DNA from: Acidimicrobiales bacterium
GTDB lineage: Bacteria > Actinomycetota > Acidimicrobiia > Acidimicrobiales > CATQHL01
Assembly: GCA_965206165.1 (NCBI GenBank)
Contig: OZ242194.1
Span: 3,513,881-3,577,880 of the forward strand
Direction: 5' to 3'
Length of the DNA stretch: 64,000 nucleotides
Each line of letters opens with the position of its first letter. The stretch's first letter is position 1. Made by a program: the position numbers and the translations under genes. The notes beneath the pieces are model-generated. The model ran no database searches. It saw nothing but the letters and a program-made list of their open reading frames with translations, and was not told the origin of the DNA. Of this stretch, positions 28,938-37,539 are shown one piece after another.

Positions 28938-31397
28938 TCAATCGTCAACATTGCCCCAACATGCGATGGTGCCGTCGGTGCGTAGCCCGCACGAATGCGA
29001 CTCTCCGGCGCTGGTGGCGCTGAACTCGCCCGTCGGCGCGTCTGTCTGTCCGTCGTCGTTCGTGCCCCAGCAGGTGATGGTGTTGTCGGTGCGCAACCCG
29101 CACGAGTGACTCCCGCCGGCGGTGACGGCACCGAACTCGCCTGGCGGCGCGTCTGCCTGTCCGTCGTCGTTCGTGCCCCAGCAGGTGATGGTGTTGTCGG
29201 TGCGCAGCCCACACGAATGCGACGCGCCGGGGGCGACGGCACGGAACGCCGCGAACGGCGCTTCAGCCTTCCTGGCGTTGTTCGCGCCCCAGCAGGTGAT
29301 GACGGTGCGGTCGACGTGCAGCCCACAAGAACGATTCCAACCGACGGCGACAGCGCTGAACTGACCGGCGGGCGCGTCGGTTTGGTGGTGGGAGTTGTCG
29401 CCCCAGCAGGTAATGGTGTCGTCGGTGCGCAGCCCACACGAAGACTCGCTGCCGGCAGCAACAGCGCTGAACTCACCGTCAGGCACGTCGAGTTGCCCGT
29501 ATTGGTTATCGCCCCAACATTCGACGGTGCGGTCGGTGCGCAGCCCGCAGGCATGTCGCACACCGGCGCTGATGGCACTGAACTCCCCAGGAGGCGCCTT
29601 GACCCGCCCGAAGTCGTTGTCGCCCCAGCATGCGATGGTTCTGTCGGTACGCAACCCGCACGAATAGTGGCTGCCGGCAGTGACGGCGTCGAACCGCCCG
29701 CTCGGTGTGGCCGTGGCGCCGATTTTCGTGCTCGAAGCGGTAAGTGGTGCCCATTGGATGCCTTTCGGCGCGGCGATGGGTTGACTCCAGCATTCGATGG
29801 TGTTGTCGACGCTGACGCCGCAGGTGTGCGCCCCGCCGGCGGAGACCGCGCTGAACCGCCCCTTCGGCGCCTCGGCCTGCCCATAGTCGTTGCGGCCCCA
29901 GCATTCGACGGTGCCCTTGGTGCGTAGCCCGCACGAATGCAACGCGCCGGAGGTGATGGCGCTGAACCGCCCCTTCGGCGCCTCGGCCTGCCCGTCGTCG
30001 TTGCGGCCCCAGCATTCGACGGTGCCGTCGGTGCGCAGCCCGCACGAATGCAACGCGCCGGAGGTGATGGCGCTGAACCGCCCCTTCGGCACCTCGGCCT
30101 GCCCACCGTCGTCGTCACCGCTCCAGCATTCGACGGCACCGTCAACGCGCAACGCGCAGAGATGCACTCCGCCGGCGGCGAGAGCGCTGAACGGTCCCTC
30201 AAATTCGTCGTCGCTCCCCCACCCCCAACACGTAATGGAGCCCTCGACACGCAGTCCGCAAGAGAGCAGCCAACTGCCGATCGACACGGCGCTGAACCGT
30301 CCCTCCGGCGTGCCGCTCAACGTGATGCCGTCGAAGTTCCAGCAGGCGACGGCGCCGTCGACGCGTAGCCCACACGAATGCCTAACACCCGCCGACACCG
30401 CCGTGAACTCACCCTCCGGCACGCCGACCTGGACCGCCTCACCGTGCACCCAACACTTCACCATGCCGTCGACGCGTAGCCCACACGAATGCACAGCACC
30501 CGCCGACAGCGCTCTGAACTGACCCTCCGGCGCGCCAACCCGGCCCGCCTCACTGTTTCCCCAACACACCACCGCGCCGTCGACGCTCAACCCGCACGAA
30601 TACAAGACACCCGCCGACACCGCCGTGAACTCACCCTCTGGAGCGCCGGCCTGACCCTCCTCGTTATTCCCCCAACACAGCACCGTGGCGTCGACGCGCA
30701 CACCACACGAATGCGCACCCCCAGCCGACACCGCCGTGAACTCACCCTCCGGAGCGACGACCTGACCCCCCTCGTTGTTTCCCCAACACAGCACCGTGGC
30801 GTCGACGCGCACACCACACGAATGCGCACCCCCAGCCGACACCGCCGTGAACTCACCCTCCGGAGCGACGACCTGACCCCCCTCGTTTGCTCCCCAACAC
30901 ACCACCGCACCGTCGGTGCGCACACCACACGAATGCGAACCTCCGGCCGACACCGTGCTGAACCGCCCGTCCGGCGCGGCGGACTGTCCATAGTCATGGC
31001 TGCCCCAACACGCCACCGTGCCGTCGACGCGCAACCCACACGAATGCGCACCCCCAGCCGACACCGCAGTGAACTCACCATTCGGAGCGACGACCTGCCC
31101 GAACTCGTTGCTGCCCCAGCAGGCGATAGTGCCCTCGGCGCGCTGCCCACACGAATGGGCGTGTCCGGCAGAGACGGAGCTGAACGCACCCTCCAGAGAG
31201 TCGCTCTGTCCAAACTCGTTGTTTCCCCAACACGCCACCGTGGCGTCGACGCGCACACCACACGAGTGCTGAAAGTTCGCGGAGACGGCGCTGAACCGGC
31301 CCTCCGGCCCGTCGCCCTCCTCGCTGGTCGTGCCGCACCCGACCGCAGCCGCGACCAGCACGATCAGCAATACAACCCTCACGGCCCGCGTGACCAT
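28938..31397 (-). CDS. lipoprotein composed of ~22 tandem RCC1-like (beta-propeller blade) repeats
   Basis: ORF 28938..31406. Probable start is ATG 31397 (GGAGGG 11 nt upstream) or GTG 31406. Signal peptide plus lipobox MVTRAVRVVLLIVLVAAAVGC. The rest is 37-aa units of consensus GEFxAVSAGGxHSCGLRxDGTxxCWGxNxxGQxxAPx. Confidence 0.85.
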   Translation of the reverse strand: MVTRAVRVVLLIVLVAAAVGCGTTSEEGDGPEGRFSAVSANFQHSCGVRVDATVACWGNNEFGQSDSLEGAFSSVSAGHAHSCGQRAEGTIACWGSNEFGQVVAPNGEFTAVSAGGAHSCGLRVDGTVACWGSHDYGQSAAPDGRFSTVSAGGSHSCGVRTDGAVVCWGANEGGQVVAPEGEFTAVSAGGAHSCGVRVDATVLCWGNNEGGQVVAPEGEFTAVSAGGAHSCGVRVDATVLCWGNNEEGQAGAPEGEFTAVSAGVLYSCGLSVDGAVVCWGNSEAGRVGAPEGQFRALSAGAVHSCGLRVDGMVKCWVHGEAVQVGVPEGEFTAVSAGVRHSCGLRVDGAVACWNFDGITLSGTPEGRFSAVSIGSWLLSCGLRVEGSITCWGWGSDDEFEGPFSALAAGGVHLCALRVDGAVECWSGDDDGGQAEVPKGRFSAITSGALHSCGLRTDGTVECWGRNDDGQAEAPKGRFSAITSGALHSCGLRTKGTVECWGRNDYGQAEAPKGRFSAVSAGGAHTCGVSVDNTIECWSQPIAAPKGIQWAPLTASSTKIGATATPSGRFDAVTAGSHYSCGLRTDRTIACWGDNDFGRVKAPPGEFSAISAGVRHACGLRTDRTVECWGDNQYGQLDVPDGEFSAVAAGSESSCGLRTDDTITCWGDNSHHQTDAPAGQFSAVAVGWNRSCGLHVDRTVITCWGANNARKAEAPFAAFRAVAPGASHSCGLRTDNTITCWGTNDDGQADAPPGEFGAVTAGGSHSCGLRTDNTITCWGTNDDGQTDAPTGEFSATSAGESHSCGLRTDGTIACWGNVDD
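28950..31290. repeat. tandem 111-bp coding repeat array inside the RCC1-like gene
   Basis: Period 111 nt read directly. 30661-30771 vs 30772-30882 differ at 2 positions by my reading. 29886-29996 vs 29997-30107 differ at about 6. The blocks starting at 29050 and 29161 are also near-identical. Array limits are approximate. Confidence 0.9.
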
Positions 31398-31815
31398 CCA
31401 CCCCACCGCCCTCCGGTCCGTACACGATGCGGCAACACAACCCGGACCTTGTCCTCCGCGGACTTCGACGGCCGATGGCCCATCAACAGGCTCCTTCAGA
31501 TCAGAACCAAACCATGACCTGTCTCAGAATTCTTGTCGCGCGACAACACAACAGAACCCGCCGCCAGACTCGGACAGCGCAATCCCGACACGCGGCGACA
31601 TCGACCACCCGATGCGCCCACAACACACGCCACCCATCAACCCGACCTCCCGACACCAACAACCAACCGAACATCCAGAAGATTAGTTCTTACAAAACTA
31701 CTGATCAAATGACAATACATATACAGAAATCTAGAAAACTAGACGAACACGTACAAGGCTCCGGCGACCGTGGACTCGTCAGCTTGGACTCTGGCGATGC
31801 CCGCCGAGCCCGGCG
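31398..31815 (-). other. atypical 0.4-kb leader/intergenic region: G-poor on + strand, with an AT-rich core at 31680-31745
   Basis: Direct reading shows long runs such as cccacaacacacgccacccatcaacccgacctcccgacaccaacaaccaaccgaac. Next comes gattagttcttacaaaactactgatcaaatgacaatacatatacagaaatctagaaaactag. This is unlike any other intergenic region in the window. Confidence 0.7.
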
Positions 31816-33219
31816 TCACGACGAACGCTCGACGGCCGCTTGAACCTCAGCGAGGCGGCGTGTGCACTCCTCGGCGCTGGCGGCCTCCAGGTTGAGGCGC
31901 AGCAGCGGCTCGGTGTTGGAGGGGCGCAGGTTGAACCACCAGTCGCCGCAGTCGACCGCCAATCCGTCAAGGCGGTCCAGCGGATGGTGGCGGTAGCGCT
32001 GCGCCAGGGCCTCGGTGACCGCCCGGGGGTCGTCGACGGTGAAGTTCACCTCGCCGGAGGCGGCGTAACGGTCGTACGGGCGGCGCAGTTCGCTCAAGGG
32101 CACCCCGGCGCGGGACAGCTCCTCGAGCAGGGCCACCGCGGCGAGTACGCCCGAATCGGAGCAGTGATTCTCGGCGAAGTAGTAGTGCCCGGAGTGCTCG
32201 CCGGCGAACGCCGCTCCAGTCTCGGCCATCTGCTGCTTGATGAGCGTGTGCCCGACCCGGGTGCGCAGGCCGCGGCCGCCGCACTCGGCGATCACCTCCG
32301 GGACCATCCGCGAGCACGCCGCGTTGTACAGCACGAGCGCGCCGGGGTTGCGACGCAGCACCGCCCGCGCCAGCAGAGCCGCCACCACCGAACCCGACAG
32401 CGGGCGCGCCAGGTCGTCCACGAAGAAGACCCGATCGGCGTCCCCGTCGAACGCCAACCCCACATCGGCGCCGACCTCCCGTACGCGCCCGCACAGATCG
32501 GCCAGATTGGCCTCCTGCAGCGGATCGGGAGGATGGTTCGGGAAGCTGCCGTCCAGCTCGCCGTACAGCACATCGAGGACCGGCGGCAGCCCCTCGAAGA
32601 CGGCCGGTACGACAAGGCCGCCCATGCCGTTGGCCACGTCGGCGACCACCGACAGCGGCGCCATGCGCTCGGCATCCACGAACGACCGGACGTGACGGGC
32701 GAAGGTCTCCAGCAGGTCCACCCTGCGACGCCGCCCAGACTGCTCTGCGGCCGCCTGCAGCGAGAGCCTGAGCGCCAGATCTCGCACCCGCTGCAACCCG
32801 CGCTCGCCGCTGAGAGGGCGAGCGCCCGCGCGGCACGCCTTGATGCCGTTGTAGTCCGCGGGATTGTGCGAGGCGGTGAACACCACGCCGGGCGCGCCGA
32901 GATGGCCCGAGGCGAAGTACAGCATGTCGGTCGACGTCAGACCCAGATCCACGACATCCAGTCCCGCGGCCTGCAGGCTCGCGCAGAACCCATCGACCAG
33001 CGCCGGCCCCGACAGCCGCATGTCGCGCCCGACGATCACCTCGGTGGTGAGTGGATCGTCCTCGCGGAAGAACGCGGCGAAGGCCGCTCCAAGTCGCTGT
33101 GCCATCGGGGTGTCGAGTTCGGCGGGAACCCGGCCGCGAATGTCGTTGGCACGGATGATCACGTCGAGGCGGGCCTCCAGGGCCGGCGCGCCGCCGTGGC
33201 CGCCCGCGCGCTCAGTCAT
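31816..33219 (-). CDS. manB: phosphomannomutase/phosphoglucomutase
   Basis: ORF 31816..33303, start probably ATG 33219 (8-nt overlap with the upstream stop). Active-site loop VVFTASHNPADYNG and metal loop LAFDGDADRVFFVD. Confidence 0.92.
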   Translation of the reverse strand: MTERAGGHGGAPALEARLDVIIRANDIRGRVPAELDTPMAQRLGAAFAAFFREDDPLTTEVIVGRDMRLSGPALVDGFCASLQAAGLDVVDLGLTSTDMLYFASGHLGAPGVVFTASHNPADYNGIKACRAGARPLSGERGLQRVRDLALRLSLQAAAEQSGRRRRVDLLETFARHVRSFVDAERMAPLSVVADVANGMGGLVVPAVFEGLPPVLDVLYGELDGSFPNHPPDPLQEANLADLCGRVREVGADVGLAFDGDADRVFFVDDLARPLSGSVVAALLARAVLRRNPGALVLYNAACSRMVPEVIAECGGRGLRTRVGHTLIKQQMAETGAAFAGEHSGHYYFAENHCSDSGVLAAVALLEELSRAGVPLSELRRPYDRYAASGEVNFTVDDPRAVTEALAQRYRHHPLDRLDGLAVDCGDWWFNLRPSNTEPLLRLNLEAASAEECTRRLAEVQAAVERSS

Positions 33220-33979
33220 CGGCTCCGGCGGCGACGGCGTAGTCACCTCGGCGCAACCGGGCGCGGATTCCCAGGAGATCCCGGAGGATCCCGACGCCGT
33301 CACGCATCACCCGCACGGTGGATCGGCGCGGCGCCGCCACAGCCTCCACGGTCACCACAGCCGTGGGGACGTCGAGCAACGAGAGCAGCAGCAGCACCTC
33401 CACGTCGAAGCCGAAGCGGTCCACCCGGCAGCGGCCGAACACCTCCTGCGCCACGTCCCGCCGGAACGCCTTCAGCCCGCACTGGGTGTCCCCGAGATGC
33501 CGCCGATCGACGGCAGTGTCACGCAGGACCAGCATCTCCGCCAGCCGCGACACAACACGTGTCCCCAGTCTCCGCAGCAGCGCATCGCCGGCCCGGATGC
33601 GCTTGGCGACCACCGCGCCCGTGACGCCATCGAGGCGTCCCAGCACCGCCACGATCCGGTCCGGCGGGTACTGCAGGTCGGCATCGGTGAACACCACAGC
33701 GTCCCCGGTGGCGGCCAGCATGCCGGCGCGCACCGCTGCACCCTTGCCGCGGTTGCGGTCGAACACGATCACCCGGTCGGCGCCCGCGGCGCCGGCTCGC
33801 GCCGCGGTCGCGTCTTCCGAGCCGTCGTCAACGACAATCAGCTCCAGGTCGTCCCCGGATGCCACCGTGGACAGACCGGCACGCAGCGTCGCAAGGGTCG
33901 CGGCGATGATGTCTCGCTCCCGGTAGGCGGGCAGCACCACCGAGAGGCTGGCGCGGCCTGTCGCCGTGCCGTCCCTCAT
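33212..33979 (-). CDS. GT2-family polyprenol-phosphate glycosyltransferase-like enzyme (Ppm1/GtrB-like)
   Basis: ORF 33212..34342, start at ATG 33979 (ATGA overlap). LSVVLPAYRERDII...LIVVDDGSEDAT...NRGKGAAVRAGM...FTDADLQYPP. Confidence 0.85.
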   Translation of the reverse strand: MRDGTATGRASLSVVLPAYRERDIIAATLATLRAGLSTVASGDDLELIVVDDGSEDATAARAGAAGADRVIVFDRNRGKGAAVRAGMLAATGDAVVFTDADLQYPPDRIVAVLGRLDGVTGAVVAKRIRAGDALLRRLGTRVVSRLAEMLVLRDTAVDRRHLGDTQCGLKAFRRDVAQEVFGRCRVDRFGFDVEVLLLLSLLDVPTAVVTVEAVAAPRRSTVRVMRDGVGILRDLLGIRARLRRGDYAVAAGADD

Positions 33980-36771
33980 TCCCACGGGGCGCGCCGGCCG
34001 CGTTCTGCGGTCCAGATGTGCGGGCTCCTCCACAACACGACCGCCGCGATCAGCGCTATGACGGTGATCACCCAGGCCAGCACGTCGGTGGCCGTCCAGC
34101 CGTACGTCAGGGTGACCTCGGTCCTGTCGGGCACCACGACCATGAAGTTGGGTGCCACACGGTACGGGCCGGCGGCACCCTCGACCTGCCAGTTCGGGAA
34201 GAACGAGGTCTTCACCAGGACCGGCACGCCGGTGCGGTCCACCCGGAAGCCGATCGAGTTCTCCGTGGCGGAGAGTCCGAAGACCTCGACCTCGTCCAGC
34301 GAGCGCACCGGCAGCTCGGCACCCGGCTGAACCTCGGCCCAACCGTCCGGACCACTCGCGGCCGGGAAGACGCCGGCGCTGCGCAGGCCCTCGGCGTCGG
34401 CGACCAGCGCCTCCGAGCCCGCGTAGCCCGTGTAGAAATCGACGGCGACGTCGAGCCAGCGCTCCGGATCACCCCCGGCGCCGGCGACCACCACCGGCTC
34501 CGCCGCCAGCGGCGACACCAGTGGCGCATCGGCGACCTCGAACATCACCCACGGTGGCTGGGCCGCCACCTCCGCCAGGTCCTCGTGCGCCCGAGCCTCG
34601 GTGATCAGGGAATCCGAGAACGCCATGTAGTAGCGCACGCCGAAGAGTTGCATGTGTTCGACTCCGGCGGCGAGGTTCATGCCCCCGTACGGCACCGCCC
34701 GTACCGGCCGTGACGGTTCGGCCGAGAGTTCGTCCTGGTTGATGAAGTGGAACGGCACGCTCTGCGTCGACTCGAAGAAGAGACCCTCCATGGACGCCAG
34801 GCAGCCGTCGGTCCAATGCGGCAGGAGCATGAGCGACATCGGCGAACCGTAGCTGTCCAGCCGTTTCAGCCCGTACTCCCACATCACGCGCCCGCAACCT
34901 CGCTCGGCGGCAACCGTCGCCATCGTGGTCACGACCCGGTAGTACTCGTCGTACCCTCCGATGCCCTCCCTCGCCGTCTTGGATTCGTAGCCCGAGAAGT
35001 TCCAGTACACCCAGAAGGGTAGGAAGCTCTTCTGGGTGGTGCCTGCCACGACCACGTTCGGTGCGATCCGGAGACCGTAGCGACCGTCGGAGACCTCGTC
35101 ACCGGCGACGCCCAGCGCCCGCAACGGATAGGCCACCGCCGCCACCAGGATGAGGGCCACCGCGGCGGTCCCCAGGGCAAGCACCACACCGCTGCGATCG
35201 CCGGATGCCTTGATCGTGCCCAGCGGGCGGATCACACCGGCGGGACGTGTGGCCGTGGAACTGGCGGGGCGGATCCCGCCCGCGGCCGGCGTCACCGGCG
35301 CCGGCGTGCCCAGAACCACAAAGCCGGTGGTCTTGGGCCGGAATCCCTGAGCCCGCAACGATCGCAGCAGTTCGGTAAGCGCCACCGCTGCCGCCGCGAC
35401 GAGCACGATCAACGCCAGGTGGGCAACGTCGGCGGCCCGCTCGGGAGCCGTCGCCGCCTCGGTGCCCGGCAGGACCTCGATCAGCGCCCGCAGGGTTGCG
35501 CTGTCCGCGACCAGGTCGTCGATCGCCACCGCCACCGCTCCCGCCGGCAGCACCGCCGCCAGGGCGAGGCGCAGGCGCAGGGAGTCCGCCGGCAACCAGC
35601 GACGTCGGCGCCACAGCTCGTCGGAAATTCGCGGGCCCCGGCCCGAGCCGATCGGGAGATCCCGGAGCGGACCGCCCACGACCAGCGTCGCCAGCAGGGT
35701 CGCCACGCCGACACCCGCCAGCAGGAGCATCGTCAGGTAGTAGAACGGGAGCAGGCGCGCGTTCCACACCACCCCCTGGGGAATCCAGCGATACGCCCCG
35801 GCCGCCAGCGCCGCCAGCGCCCCCAGATACAGGGCCAGTCGCTGTCGCCGGAGAATGCCCACCAGCAGGGCCGCCCAAGCGCCCACGAGGATCCAGCTCC
35901 AGTCGTCGCGCACCAGGTTCGACCAGTACTCCGTGAGATTCACCCAGTCGATGTTGTGGTAGTAGTCCCGCCTCCACCAGAACGGCAGCAGCCAGAACGC
36001 CGCCAGCGCGGCTCCCAGTACCCCGGTCACGGCGACCCACCGCAGCGGTCGGCGGCCCGGCTGCATCGCCAGGGCGACCCCGGTGGCAGCCACCGCAAAG
36101 ATCGCAGGTATCAGATGCGTAAGGCCGACGAGCGCCAACAGCACACCTGCCAGGACACGATGCCGCCCGGTGCGCAGGCCCCGCAACATCACGCCCAGGT
36201 AAACCAGCATCAGCGACAGGCTGATGGAGAAGGCGAACTCCCCCGCAAGCGTGGACGCAACGTTGCCGCCGTAGATGCTGAATGACGTGTCGAACAGGAA
36301 CGGCAGCGTGAACATCGCCGCGATCGCGGGCGCCGGGAATCGCAAGCCTCCGAGTCGCACGAACAGCGCCGCCGCCAGCGGCAGCGTCACGAGCCCGGCG
36401 ACTGCCACGAGCTTGAACGCCACCCCATAGGGAATCACGAATGACGCAAGGGCGATGACCAGCGACGGCAGCACCATGTAGAAGTGATAGGCAGGGAATC
36501 CGGCGTACCAGTCGGGAGCCCAGCCGCTCAACCGGCCCGCCGGCAGCAGGTGGTCCCGCAGGAACGCCGGCCCCCAGACGTGGGCGGCCATGTCGCCCCC
36601 GGCCGGTGTCGTGTTGGAGAACAGCAGGTCGGGCCGCATCTGCCAGAACACGAACAGGCAGGCCCCCACGATGCACGTGATCTGTAGCCGGCGCTGCAGC
36701 ACCGCGACGTCACGGCCTCGCGGACGGACCCCTTCGGTGCGTAGCGGGGGCACTCCCGTGAACAGGCTCAT
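33976..36771 (-). CDS. 931-aa polytopic membrane protein with large C-terminal extracytoplasmic domain (putative GT-C-type glycosyltransferase)
   Basis: ORF track. At least a dozen hydrophobic segments lie in the first ~330 residues and further on. N-terminal GGDMAAHVWGPAFLRDHLL motif. The C-terminal ~330 aa are soluble-looking. Function is inferred from architecture and the adjacent GT2. Confidence 0.5.
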   Translation of the reverse strand: MSLFTGVPPLRTEGVRPRGRDVAVLQRRLQITCIVGACLFVFWQMRPDLLFSNTTPAGGDMAAHVWGPAFLRDHLLPAGRLSGWAPDWYAGFPAYHFYMVLPSLVIALASFVIPYGVAFKLVAVAGLVTLPLAAALFVRLGGLRFPAPAIAAMFTLPFLFDTSFSIYGGNVASTLAGEFAFSISLSLMLVYLGVMLRGLRTGRHRVLAGVLLALVGLTHLIPAIFAVAATGVALAMQPGRRPLRWVAVTGVLGAALAAFWLLPFWWRRDYYHNIDWVNLTEYWSNLVRDDWSWILVGAWAALLVGILRRQRLALYLGALAALAAGAYRWIPQGVVWNARLLPFYYLTMLLLAGVGVATLLATLVVGGPLRDLPIGSGRGPRISDELWRRRRWLPADSLRLRLALAAVLPAGAVAVAIDDLVADSATLRALIEVLPGTEAATAPERAADVAHLALIVLVAAAAVALTELLRSLRAQGFRPKTTGFVVLGTPAPVTPAAGGIRPASSTATRPAGVIRPLGTIKASGDRSGVVLALGTAAVALILVAAVAYPLRALGVAGDEVSDGRYGLRIAPNVVVAGTTQKSFLPFWVYWNFSGYESKTAREGIGGYDEYYRVVTTMATVAAERGCGRVMWEYGLKRLDSYGSPMSLMLLPHWTDGCLASMEGLFFESTQSVPFHFINQDELSAEPSRPVRAVPYGGMNLAAGVEHMQLFGVRYYMAFSDSLITEARAHEDLAEVAAQPPWVMFEVADAPLVSPLAAEPVVVAGAGGDPERWLDVAVDFYTGYAGSEALVADAEGLRSAGVFPAASGPDGWAEVQPGAELPVRSLDEVEVFGLSATENSIGFRVDRTGVPVLVKTSFFPNWQVEGAAGPYRVAPNFMVVVPDRTEVTLTYGWTATDVLAWVITVIALIAAVVLWRSPHIWTAERGRRAPWE

Positions 36772-36774
36772 CGA

Positions 36775-37539
36775 TCAGCGCAACAACTGCACGACCGTGA
36801 AGCTGTTGAAGGCGGCATGTGCCCACATGGCCGGGGCGAGACGCTTCGTCGACACCACCAGGACACCGGCCACCAGCCCGAAGGCCACCAGCGCGGGAAG
36901 CTGGAGAAGCTGCACATGCGCCAGACCGAACAGCACGGCCGACACCACGACTGTGGCGGTGCGCCCCATCCGACCCCAGAGCGCCCTGAGCAGTAGGCCG
37001 CGGAAGAACAACTCCTCGACGAAGGGTGCCACCAGCACGACCCCCACCACCACGACCGCCACGCCTCCCGCACCGTCGGCGAGCGTCATGATCCGCCGGG
37101 CCGGCTCCTCCACGTCCTCGGCGTCGATGAACCGCGCCAGCGGCAGGTAGATCGCCGGTATGAGCAGGAGTTGCGCCACCAGGCCGCTCCCCAGCCCGAC
37201 AAGAGCGTCGTACCAGCGCTGCGTCAAGCCCAGGGCGCTCCGCAGCTTGACGCCATGGCGGCGGACGACGGCCCAGGTGACGACGGCCAGAGTCAACCAG
37301 AGCGGCAGTTGCAGCACCGTGAACTGCCAGTATGCGAGATTGAAGAGATCCGGCTCGGCGCCCCGGGCTGCCTGAACCCCGGCGCGAGCCGCCGCCGACC
37401 CCATTCCTGAGGGCGAATCCCACATCGCCATCAGCACCACCTGCACGACGACGGTGATCAACGCCGCCGCGATCCAGCCGGCGATCGCAGCCGACACGGA
37501 CCACGGGGGAGCGGGCCGCAGGCGGCCTCTCTGCGACAT
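36775..37539 (-). CDS. CPBP-family intramembrane glutamic endopeptidase (CAAX protease-like)
   Basis: ORF 36775..37602. Motifs APFVEELFFRG, AVLFGLAHV, WAHAAFNSF. The start is uncertain (ATG 37539 or TTG 37602). Confidence 0.8.
   Translation of the reverse strand: MSQRGRLRPAPPWSVSAAIAGWIAAALITVVVQVVLMAMWDSPSGMGSAAARAGVQAARGAEPDLFNLAYWQFTVLQLPLWLTLAVVTWAVVRRHGVKLRSALGLTQRWYDALVGLGSGLVAQLLLIPAIYLPLARFIDAEDVEEPARRIMTLADGAGGVAVVVVGVVLVAPFVEELFFRGLLLRALWGRMGRTATVVVSAVLFGLAHVQLLQLPALVAFGLVAGVLVVSTKRLAPAMWAHAAFNSFTVVQLLR

Noticed and set aside
28757-30250. 497-aa and other long alternative-frame ORFs inside the RCC1-like repeat array (also 28995..29927, 30489..31517)
   Set aside because: They arise because a stop-free repeat unit is iterated, and their periodic translations are Arg/Pro/Ala-rich. 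Only the frame giving the CWG/HSCG blade consensus and a lipoprotein signal is credible.
28950-31290. Possible CRISPR-like or satellite array suggested by the regular 111-bp period
   Set aside because: The units are contiguous with no unique spacers. They are in-frame (37 codons) and encode a coherent protein repeat, and no cas genes are nearby.
31617-31651. Potential G-quadruplex on the minus strand (GGG-N5-GGG-N5-GGG-N13-GGG)
   Set aside because: There are only three-G tracts and one long 13-nt loop. Such patterns are expected by chance in G+C-rich genomes, and nothing supports it beyond the pattern.
31330-31843. Plus-strand ORFs of 118 and 138 aa across the atypical leader region
   Set aside because: Their translations (Thr/Pro/Gln/His/Asn-rich) simply reflect the C+A-rich strand. 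They have no RBS and poor third-position G+C, and they overlap the manB 3' end and the lipoprotein 5' end.
35099-36676. 525-aa alternative-frame ORF within the 931-aa membrane protein gene
   Set aside because: It reads as Arg/Gly/Pro-rich noise. The other frame gives coherent hydrophobic helices and tight coupling to its neighbours.
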